A stretch of DNA of 64,000 nucleotides from Eledone cirrhosa (lineage: Eukaryota). Where the stretch lies: contig OZ024742.1 in NCBI GenBank assembly GCA_964016885.1, positions 5,518,001 to 5,582,000 of the forward strand. The letters are read 5' to 3'. This document shows, one piece after another, positions 51,801 to 61,801 of the stretch. A program made the translations under genes and the position numbers. Each line of letters opens with the position of its first letter. Within the stretch, counting starts at the first letter, position 1. The notes under the pieces are model-generated. The model ran no database searches. It worked only from the letters and a program-made list of their open reading frames with translations, and was not told the origin of the DNA.

Positions 51801-51997
51801 TGTAGCTACAGTAATGTGTGTGTGTGAGACTGTAGCTACAGTATTGTGTGTGTGTGTGTGTGACTGTACCTACAGTATTGTGTGTGTGTGTGTGACTGTA
51901 GTTACAGTATTGTGTGTGTGTGTGAGACTGTAGCTACAGTATTGTGTGTGTGTGTGTGACTGTAGCTACAGTATTGTGTGTGTGTGTGACTGTAGCT
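34913..51997. repeat. 17 kb compound satellite: palindromic core ACTGTAGCTACAGT + ATT + variable (TG)n; roughly 500-550 units (estimate)
   Basis: Direct reading; unit about 25-50 bp depending on (TG)n length; variant cores (ACTGTAACT, ATTGTAGC, ACTGAAGC) recur in blocks. Confidence 0.98.
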
Positions 51998-52121
51998 TAC
52001 TCATCTTTTTGTGCGTGAATTCGATGATTTGGACAGAAATTTATTGAGCCTTTTACTGATAAACATAATCTATATATATTAAATGTATTGATTGAACCTA
52101 AAATTGACTCATGTATATATA

Positions 52122-52565
52122 TATTAGAACTGGTGCTCTGAAATAGCTATATATATATGAATGTATATACAGTGTATTTTGCAATACACTGTATGCTTTA
52201 TTAATAGCATTTTGAAGACATTACGCTATTGTTTTAAAATAGTAACTTTGTCACTATTTCAGAGCACCAATTCTAATTTTCAATTTTTGCTGGACGGTCA
52301 ACCGGTCTGTATAATCAGTTCCTGATTATTACTGCAATTCTATAAGAATCCAACATTCAAAATTTCCAGCAGGCAAAGCGGGTACTAAGCTCTGAGGAGT
52401 ACCAACAGTACGAAACAGAGATCTGTCAGCTTATCTCCCTTTGTTTGCTGAAAAAAGAAGTAAGTGACATAGTCACTACTTTAAAACAATAGCGTAAGGT
52501 CTTCAAAATGCTATTAATTAAGCATACAGTGTATTGCAAAATACACTGTATACACATTCATATAT
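52122..52565 (+). mobile_element. Diverged retrozyme-like monomer (about 52255-52565) preceded by an inverted partial copy (52122-52255)
   Basis: 52155-52255 is the reverse complement of about 52462-52565; HHR at 52392; shares tttcagagca, cagttcctg, ttctataag and ggtcttcaaaatg with the 311-bp unit. Confidence 0.85.
52386..52433 (+). ncRNA. Type I hammerhead ribozyme
   Basis: TAAGCT-CTGAGGA-GTAC-caaca-GTAC-GAAA-CAGA-ga-TCTG-TC-AGCTTA: three perfect stems and a GUC cleavage site at 52427. Confidence 0.92.
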
Positions 52566-52579
52566 ATATATATATATAT

Positions 52580-52941
52580 ATATGTGAATATAGACATAGA
52601 ATATTCGAAAATATTCTGTATGTTTATAATAAACATTTTGAAGACCTAATCGCTATAGAATAGAATACGTCACGTATTACAACTAGATTCTCGATAAAAG
52701 CAAGGGAAGTAAGTCTACGCGTTTCATTCTTGTTAGAATTCATCAGGACTACATATCCAGTGCTTTCATCGAGAATGACACAGCTAGAGACTTATAGAAT
52801 ACTTAGCTGTGTACAGGAACTGGTTTGAAAGAGCGGTTGCCGGTCCGGCAGAAATTAGAAATTGGAATAAATGCTCTGAAATAGCGATATATATGTGAAT
52901 ATAGACATAGAATATTCGAAAATATTCTGTATGTTTATAAT
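52580..52941 (-). mobile_element. Inverted copy (about 1.15 units) of the 311-bp HHR monomer
   Basis: Reverse complement of the array unit; HHR on the minus strand at about 52709-52752 (gtaagtctacgcgtttcattcttgttagaattcatcaggactac). Confidence 0.93.
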
Positions 52942-52949
52942 CAAAATTA

Positions 52950-55900
52950 TCTTCAAAATGTTTATTATAAACATACAGAATATTGTCGAATATTCTATGT
53001 CTATATTCACATATATATCGCTATTTCAGAGCATTTATTCCAATTTCTAATTTCTGCCGGACCGGCAACCGCTCTTTCAAACCAGTTCCTGTACACAGCT
53101 AAGTATTCTATAAGTCTCTAGCTGTGTCATTCTCGATGAAAGCACTGGATATGTAGTCCTGATGAATTCTAACAAGAATGAAACGCGTAGACTTACTTCC
53201 CTTGCTTTTATCGAGAATCTAGTTGTAATACGTGACGTATTCTATTCTATAGCGATTAGGTCTTCAAAATGTTTATTATAAACATACAGAATATTTTCGA
53301 ATATTCTATGTCTATATTCACATATATATCGCTATTTCAGAGCATTTATTCCAATTTCTAATTTCTGCCGGACCGGCAACCGCTCTTTCAAACCAGTTCC
53401 TGTACACAGCTAAGTATTCTATAAGTCTCTAGCTGTGTCATTCTCGATGAAAGCACTGGATATGTAGTCCTGATGAATTCTAACAAGAATGAAACGCGTA
53501 GACTTACTTCCCTTGCTTTTATCGAGAATCTAGTTGTAATACGTGACGTATTCTATTCTATAGCGATTAGGTCTTCAAAATGTTTATTATAAACATACAG
53601 AATATTTTCGAATATTCTATGTCTATATTCACATATATATCGCTATTTCAGAGCATTTATTCCAATTTCTAATTTCTGCCGGACCGGCAACCGCTCTTTC
53701 AAACCAGTTCCTGTACACAGCTAAGTATTCTATAAGTCTCTAGCTGTGTCATTCTCGATGAAAGCACTGGATATGTAGTCCTGATGAATTCTAACAAGAA
53801 TGAAACGCGTAGACTTACTTCCCTTGCTTTTATCGAGAATCTAGTTGTAATACGTGACGTATTCTATTCTATAGCGATTAGGTCTTCAAAATGTTTATTA
53901 TAAACATACAGAATATTTTCGAATATTCTATGTCTATATTCACATATATATCGCTATTTCAGAGCATTTATTCCAATTTCTAATTTCTGCCGGACCGGCA
54001 ACCGCTCTTTCAAACCAGTTCCTGTACACAGCTAAGTATTCTATAAGTCTCTAGCTGTGTCATTCTCGATGAAAGCACTGGATATGTAGTCCTGATGAAT
54101 TCTAACAAGAATGAAACGCGTAGACTTACTTCCCTTGCTTTTATCGAGAATCTAGTTGTAATACGTGACGTATTCTATTCTATAGCGATTAGGTCTTCAA
54201 AATGTTTATTATAAACATACAGAATATTTTCGAATATTCTATGTCTATATTCACATATATATCGCTATTTCAGAGCATTTATTCCAATTTCTAATTTCTG
54301 CCGGACCGGCAACCGCTCTTTCAAACCAGTTCCTGTACACAGCTAAGTATTCTATAAGTCTCTAGCTGTGTCATTCTCGATGAAAGCACTGGATATGTAG
54401 TCCTGATGAATTCTAACAAGAATGAAACGCGTAGACTTACTTCCCTTGCTTTTATCGAGAATCTAGTTGTAATACGTGACGTATTCTATTCTATAGCGAT
54501 TAGGTCTTCAAAATGTTTATTATAAACATACAGAATATTTTCGAATATTCTATGTCTATATTCACATATATATCGCTATTTCAGAGCATTTATTCCAATT
54601 TCTAATTTCTGCCGGACCGGCAACCGCTCTTTCAAACCAGTTCCTGTACACAGCTAAGTATTCTATAAGTCTCTAGCTGTGTCATTCTCGATGAAAGCAC
54701 TGGATATGTAGTCCTGATGAATTCTAACAAGAATGAAACGCGTAGACTTACTTCCCTTGCTTTTATCGAGAATCTAGTTGTAATACGTGACGTATTCTAT
54801 TCTATAGCGATTAGGTCTTCAAAATGTTTATTATAAACATACAGAATATTTTCGAATATTCTATGTCTATATTCACATATATATCGCTATTTCAGAGCAT
54901 TTATTCCAATTTCTAATTTCTGCCGGACCGGCAACCGCTCTTTCAAACCAGTTCCTGTACACAGCTAAGTATTCTATAAGTCTCTAGCTGTGTCATTCTC
55001 GATGAAAGCACTGGATATGTAGTCCTGATGAATTCTAACAAGAATGAAACGCGTAGACTTACTTCCCTTGCTTTTATCGAGAATCTAGTTGTAATACGTG
55101 ACGTATTCTATTCTATAGCGATTAGGTCTTCAAAATGTTTATTATAAACATACAGAATATTTTCGAATATTCTATGTCTATATTCACATATATATCGCTA
55201 TTTCAGAGCATTTATTCCAATTTCTAATTTCTGCCGGACCGGCAACCGCTCTTTCAAACCAGTTCCTGTACACAGCTAAGTATTCTATAAGTCTCTAGCT
55301 GTGTCATTCTCGATGAAAGCACTGGATATGTAGTCCTGATGAATTCTAACAAGAATGAAACGCGTAGACTTACTTCCCTTGCTTTTATCGAGAATCTAGT
55401 TGTAATACGTGACGTATTCTATTCTATAGCGATTAGGTCTTCAAAATGTTTATTATAAACATACAGAATATTTTCGAATATTCTATGTCTATATTCACAT
55501 ATATATCGCTATTTCAGAGCATTTATTCCAATTTCTAATTTCTGCCGGACCGGCAACCGCTCTTTCAAACCAGTTCCTGTACACAGCTAAGTATTCTATA
55601 AGTCTCTAGCTGTGTCATTCTCGATGAAAGCACTGGATATGTAGTCCTGATGAATTCTAACAAGAATGAAACGCGTAGACTTACTTCCCTTGCTTTTATC
55701 GAGAATCTAGTTGTAATACGTGACGTATTCTATTCTATAGCGATTAGGTCTTCAAAATGTTTATTATAAACATACAGAATATTTTCGAATATTCTATGTC
55801 TATATTCACATATATATCGCTATTTCAGAGCATTTATTCCAATTTCTAATTTCTGCCGGACCGGCAACCGCTCTTTCAAACCAGTTCCTGTACACAGCTA

Positions 55901-56161
55901 AGTATTCTATAAGTCTCTAGCTGTGTCATTCTCGATGAAAGCACTGGATATGTAGTCCTGATGAATTCTAACAAGAATGAAACGCGTAGACTTACTTCCC
56001 TTGCTTTTATCGAGAATCTAGTTGTAATACGTGACGTATTCTATTCTATAGCGATTAGGTCTTCAAAATGTTTATTATAAACATACAGAATATTTTCGAA
56101 TATTCTATGTCTATATTCACATATATATCGCTATTTCAGAGCATTTATTCCAATTTCTAAT
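52950..56161 (+). mobile_element. Tandem array of 311-bp HHR-containing units (10 full + about 0.3), retrozyme-like
   Basis: tcttcaaaatg recurs at 52950, 53261, 53572, 53883 ... 56060 (period 311); each unit has one HHR; no ORF of 60 aa or more. Confidence 0.95.
53153..53196 (+). ncRNA. Type I hammerhead ribozyme (first of ten, repeated every 311 bp)
   Basis: GTAGTC-CTGATGA-ATTC-taacaa-GAAT-GAAA-CGCG-TA-GAC(t)TAC; predicted cleavage after GUA at 53189. Confidence 0.9.
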
Positions 56162-56175
56162 ATATATATATATTT

Positions 56176-56822
56176 TTGCTCGCACCAACCTGAGGTATAT
56201 GATTTTTAATGCGATGGTTGGAAAATCACTGACGAAGGACCATTTTTATCATATGTAACCCATGTGCAACCACGCAGTATTCTTCTTTCTTATCATGTTT
56301 TTTATATATATTTACCTCGGCTGCGTTTGTCTGTTTCTCTCTTACTGCTTCCCCGTTCTCTGTTTCTCTCACCTTCTTTCGCCCCCTCTGTCACTTACAT
56401 TTTCTCTCAACTGACCGCTTCCTCACACTTCCACTCATTCACTCTCTGTTTCTCCCCTTCTCACTTCCTCCCGTTTGGCTTACAGTGGGTCTCTTGTTGC
56501 TTACATCTCACTCACGTCGGACGTCTGTACCTTTCGCTCATGAAATCCACCCAGCTTATGCTGACCAGGACAACCATGTTGCTTGTTTTTTTCCTTTCTT
56601 TGGTTTGCTTTTATCTTTCTATGTTGTTCACTTGTCCCCCTCGCTTTACGCGATTTACTGGTCCCAGTAACTTTTTTTAGTTATTGCTCGCACCAACCTG
56701 AGGTATATGATTTTTAATGCGATGAAATACCATTGATGGTTGGAAAATCACTGACGAAGGACTATTTTTATCATATGTAACCCATGTGCAACCACGCAGT
56801 ATTCTTCTTTTTTCTCATGTTT

Positions 56823-56828
<6 letters not shown>
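56176..56828 (+). mobile_element. Element with about 135-bp terminal direct repeats (pLTR-like), period about 509 bp
   Basis: ttgctcgcaccaacctgagg...aatcactgacgaaggac...caaccacgcagtattcttc at about 56176 and 56684; CTGACGA-AGGAC half-core lacks the GAAA half; flanked by (TA)n. Confidence 0.7.
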
Positions 56829-56881
<53 letters not shown>

Positions 56882-57039
56882 GTTATATAGTAAGGTGTAT
56901 TATTGGTTGTGTCATACGGTCCATTAAACATTTGTTAGCAATATTAAGTTCTCCACGCTATTGTATATCTCCAATTCCATTTATGGGAACAGCTAGATGA
57001 TGTAAAACGGAGTATTTGTATCAAAATAAAGATCCGAAG

Positions 57040-58432
57040 GCATGGTATAAATTTCCAATCATTTTAATCACGACACATGTTTCAATAAGAGATAGATCGA
57101 TCGTGTGGTCATGATCGATTATCACTGATCTCATCAGGTGAATAATGAAATGTCTTCAAATCTTTGATATGAGGGAGGAAAAACTAACGATGTTTACTCA
57201 CTAAAGTGTTGTTCCCCATATGAAGATTCAGCATACCTAGTTAGTAAATAGTTAGAACAATTAAGACTGATTACGCGCATTCACCATTACTTTAGAATAC
57301 CCTAACCATTGAGTCCTCTCGGTTAGTAAATAGTTAGATGTATTACACACTCAGTTAAGAACAATTACGCTCTTTATACATAATTCTACACGCAGTACCC
57401 GGTTTCTTTAGACACGGAGTTCTCACAGTTATGACTGGTCACGATCTTATCAATTAAATACTACACTAGGTTTGTGGAGTGCTCACAGTTGCTGAATGGA
57501 CAATACTACTTACACGCCATCAATGGGCCCATGACACTTACACACATCTCCGGAGTTTTGTTATTTTATTTTATTTTGTGTTGGGTAACACACCTCCACC
57601 ACTCAAACACTTATCTTAAAAGCCCGAGGGCTCATATGACGGGAAAACGCACACACTGACACCTTAACTCAAATACCCAACCCTACATGGAGCCCCTTGG
57701 TGGCCTACATGGCGAGTGCTTGCACGCACAGACTCGGGGACTCAGATTCTAACGGGACAACGGCACATACAGAGTTCGATACGAGCTGACTACTTGCTCT
57801 ACACATGGATGTGTATATACCAAAACATACACTATTTAGACGATACGGATGTTACAATTCAATCGATACACGTATAGCAGAACGTTGAACAGAATTTACT
57901 TGCGTGTGTATAGGGTTGTGGTTGATCCAATTTTTCTAATTTACATCGTTAAAATCGAGATTTGACCAATATAACATTGTTGACCAATATAACATTGTTG
58001 TTTTGTAACTTAACTTTCGGTGCATACTGTGTTGGTATATATATTTTTCTCTGACCTCGCGTCGGTGTGTGTGAGTGTGTGTGTACTCACTCACACTAAT
58101 TGTGACCGACCGAAATTCTACAGATCTGATGCTGAGATTAGACCTGTCCAGCGTCTTTTACAGCTATTGAGAGATAAAGACTTGATAGATTTATGACCCT
58201 GACTGAAGACGATGGCAGTCGGCGTGTTTTGGCTGCTGAATCTTCATATGGGGACAGAACTCTAGTGAGTGAACATCGTTAAATTTTCCTCCCTCATATC
58301 AAAGATTTGAAGACATTTCATTATTCACCTGATGAGATCAGTGATAATCGATCATGACCACACGATCGATCTATCTCTTATTGAAACATGTGTCGTAATT
58401 AAAATGATTGGAAATTTATACCATGCATTCGG
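57040..58432. repeat. Inverted repeat (arms about 57040-57232 and 58234-58432), each arm carrying an HHR-like motif
   Basis: gcatggtataaatttccaatcattttaat...gaagattcagca is mirrored at 58234-58428. Confidence 0.88.
57068..57141 (-). ncRNA. Type I hammerhead motif with long stem II (second copy 58325-58398, +)
   Basis: Minus strand: TCAC-CTGATGA-[gatcagtgata ATCGATC atgaccacac GATCGAT ctatctcttatt]-GAAA-CATGTG-TC-GTGA. Confidence 0.7.
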
Positions 58433-58484
58433 ATGTTTATTTTGATATATATATATACATATATATATATATACATATATATAC

Positions 58485-58614
<130 letters not shown>

Positions 58615-58690
58615 CGAAGGAAATGTGGTAAGGAACCAGGTGGACCATAACGCACCAAAGTACTCAATACTTAGGGTAGTAGAGTGGGTA

Positions 58691-58801
58691 ATAGGAACGA
58701 GTAGGATCCCGACGGCTGAACTCAAGCCGTTTCGACGGCTAATTATGAATTAGCCGTCGAAACGGCTTGAGCTCAGCCGTCGGGGTCCTACTCGTTCCTA
58801 T
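58691..58801. repeat. Near-perfect hairpin with about 53-bp arms and a 5-nt loop
   Basis: ataggaacgagtaggatcccgacggctgaactcaagccgtttcgacggctaat-tatga-attagccgtcgaaacggcttgagctcagccgtcggggtcctactcgttcctat. Confidence 0.92.
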
Positions 58802-58804
58802 ATA

Positions 58805-61680
58805 TATATACAATATTAAATAAATGGAAAACTATATTTATAAAACCATATTTATTTCATTATATATATTTCGGGGATATTATATTAACATTATGCTATG
58901 CCTTCATCAGACAAAATACAATATAAACAGTTTTATAGATAAATAGATTCGACATACCGTAATAAACACCGACTTCATTTGAAGAGGTTTACGCTAGCAG
59001 TGAAAATTTTATACAGAGAGAAAGAAAGAGAGAAAAAAGAAAGAAAGACAAAACGAAGAAAAGGAAGAAAAAGAAGAAAAAGAAGAAAAAGAAAAAGAAG
59101 AAATGCATGGAACAAAATAGAGAGATGGAAAGATAGATAAAGCGAAGAGCTTCATGTAAAGAAACAGAAAGAGATATAAATATATAGAGAGAGAGGAAAT
59201 AGAGATAGATACATATATATATAGAAAATTAGGTAGTGGGAGGTCATTTTGAGTAAATGTATCAATGATACATTTATTTATTTATTTATTTATTTAGCTC
59301 AAGTATTAATGTAAGGGAGATATATATATAGAGAAAAAAAAAATATAGAGAGAGGAAAAAAAATAGCGAGAGAAAAAATTTAAAAATAGCCAGACATATT
59401 CGAGGCGTAAAAAACCCTATGTTTTAATGTATTAGTATTTATAAAACTTACACTATATTGTAAATATCAGTATTCCTGAATGAAACAAGTATCCATAATG
59501 TGTGAAAATTAATTATCTTATGTTTAGTTTTAAAAAATTCATATGTTTATGTGACAGCTACAAACATCCATGCGAATCCAACTGATTCACTCTGCAAACT
59601 CTAAATTACCGGAAAACATTCTCAATGTGGTATAAAAATTTGAGCGTATTATTATTCCTGTCATTACTCTACAAGATTATCTATCAAGCAGAAATAGAGA
59701 GCAGATTTCAATATACTAATAAAAATATATATTATATTATAAACAAAACTAAAAATAAAAAGATAACAATAATAATAATAAGTAAAAATATAGAATAGAA
59801 AAAAAAAAAAAAAAAAAAAAAATATTACGAAAGAATATTACATAATAAAAATATTACATATTAAAAATACTACGTATTAAAAAATATTACGTATTAAAAA
59901 TTTACATATTAAAGATATTAAAAATAATTAAAAATAAAAATAAAAAATAAAAAAATATTATAGAATACTACAATACTAAAAAATAAAAATAAAAATAAAA
60001 ATAAAAATAAAAATAAAAATAAACCACAGAGAACAACCCTTCAAAGTTAATTGACAATATATTGCCAAGTTCATTACAAGACAAAGCCAAAAATTATCTA
60101 TCAAATCACATCTAGCAAAGAACATTTCAAAAAGATTATGATGTCCAATTAGGTCTACATATGTTCTTATATTTAATATAGAAGTTTATCTAGTGTAAGG
60201 TTAATTCAAAAAATTTGGAGCATCAGCTTTTAGGGTAGCTTAATTTTTCATGAGGAATGTTTAGATAAAAATAAAATAAAAATAAAAAGAGGGAATCAAA
60301 GATTTAGGAATCAAAAAATTTATCGGCTAGTTCTCATATAAATATAAATCAAACTAAATATACTACATTTTAAATTTAAATTTATATTTAAACGTTGAGT
60401 TTAATCTATGTTTGCAGCAACTGAATAAATTTGTCCGTAGGTTAAGGGAATTTTTAGATTTTAGTATAAAGAATATCTCCTCTGCGCAGAGGTCACATGT
60501 CTCAGAGGATGAATTATTTTTTAGTATTGTAGTATTCTATAATATTTTTTTATTTTTTATTTTTATTTTTAATATCTTTAATATGTAAATTTTTAATACG
60601 TAATATTTTTTAATACGTAGTATTTTTAATATGTAATATTTTTATTATGTAATATTCTTTCGTAATATTTTTTTTTTTTTTTTTTTTTTTCTATTCTATA
60701 TTTTTACTTATTATTATTATTGTTATCTTTTTATTTTTAGTTTTGTTTATAATATAATATATATTTTTATTAGTATATTGAAATCTGCTCTCTATTTCTG
60801 CTTGATAGATAATCTTGTAGAGTAATGACAGGAATAATAATACGCTCAAATTTTTATACCACATTGAGAATGTTTTCCGGTAATCTAGAGTTTGCAGAGT
60901 GAATCAGTTGGATTCGCATGGATGTTTGTAGCTGTCACATAAACATATGAATTTTTTAAAACTAAACATAAGATAATTAATTTTCACACATTATGGATAC
61001 TTGTTTCATTCAGGAATACTGATATTTACAATATAGTGTAAGTTTTATAAATACTAATACATTAAAACATAGGGTTTTTTACGCCTCGAATATGTCTGGC
61101 TATTTTTAAATTTTTTCTCTCGCTATTTTTTTTCCTCTCTCTATATTTTTTTTTTTCTCTCTCTATATATCTCCCTTACATTAATACTTGAGCTAAATAA
61201 ATAAATAAATAAATAAATGTATCATTGATACACTTACTCAAAATGACCTTCCACTACCTAATTTTCTATATATATATGTATCTATCTCTATTTCCTCTCT
61301 CTCTCTCTATATATATATATCTCTTTCTGTTTCTTTACATGAAGCTCTTCGCTTTATCTATCTTTCCATCTCTCTATTTTGTTCCATGCATTTCTTCTTT
61401 TTCTTTTTCTTCTTTTTCTTCCTTTTCTTCGTTTTGTCTTTCTTTCTTTTTTCTCTCTTTCTTTCTCTCTGTATAAAATTTTCACTGCTAGCGTAAACCT
61501 CTTCAAATGAAGTCGGTGTTTATTACGGTATGTCGAATCTATTTATCTATAAAACTGTTTATATTGTATTTTGTCTGATGAAGGCATAGCATATTGTTAA
61601 TATGATATCCCCGAAATATATATAATGAAATAAATATGGTTTAATAAATATAGTTTTCCATTTATTTAATATTGTAAATA
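58805..61680 (-). mobile_element. 5'-truncated Penelope-like element with inverted pLTR: arms about 58805-59985 and 60514-61680
   Basis: Reverse-complementary arms of about 1.17 kb. The spacer holds a minus-strand GIY-YIG C-terminus. HHR-like cores lie near the outer ends (about 58860-58912 minus; 61571-61626 plus). Confidence 0.88.
60363..60514 (-). pseudogene. C-terminal end of a PLE GIY-YIG ORF
   Basis: Manual translation NSSSETCDLCAEEIFFILKSKNSLNLRTNLFSCCKHRLNSTFKYKFKFKM* parallels ...FCNLCLLETHTIIFSNHNLLNKKSKVFASCQHR of the 13682 element. Confidence 0.8.
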
Positions 61681-61760
61681 TACTCCAAATATTTGTCGAG
61701 TGCTTTTATATCAGTTATAAATATTTACTAGTTGTAACCCAACAATTTTAAATATAACTT

Positions 61761-61794
<34 letters not shown>

Positions 61795-61801
<7 letters not shown>

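Noticed and set aside
34913-51997. CRISPR-like look (palindromic repeats with spacers)
   Set aside because: Spacers are only (TG)n rather than unique sequences, there are no cas genes, and the context is eukaryotic.
52950-53260. Internal Pol III promoter in the 311-bp unit
   Set aside because: TAGCGATTAGG is only loosely A-box-like, no convincing B-box follows, and T4 runs occur within the unit.
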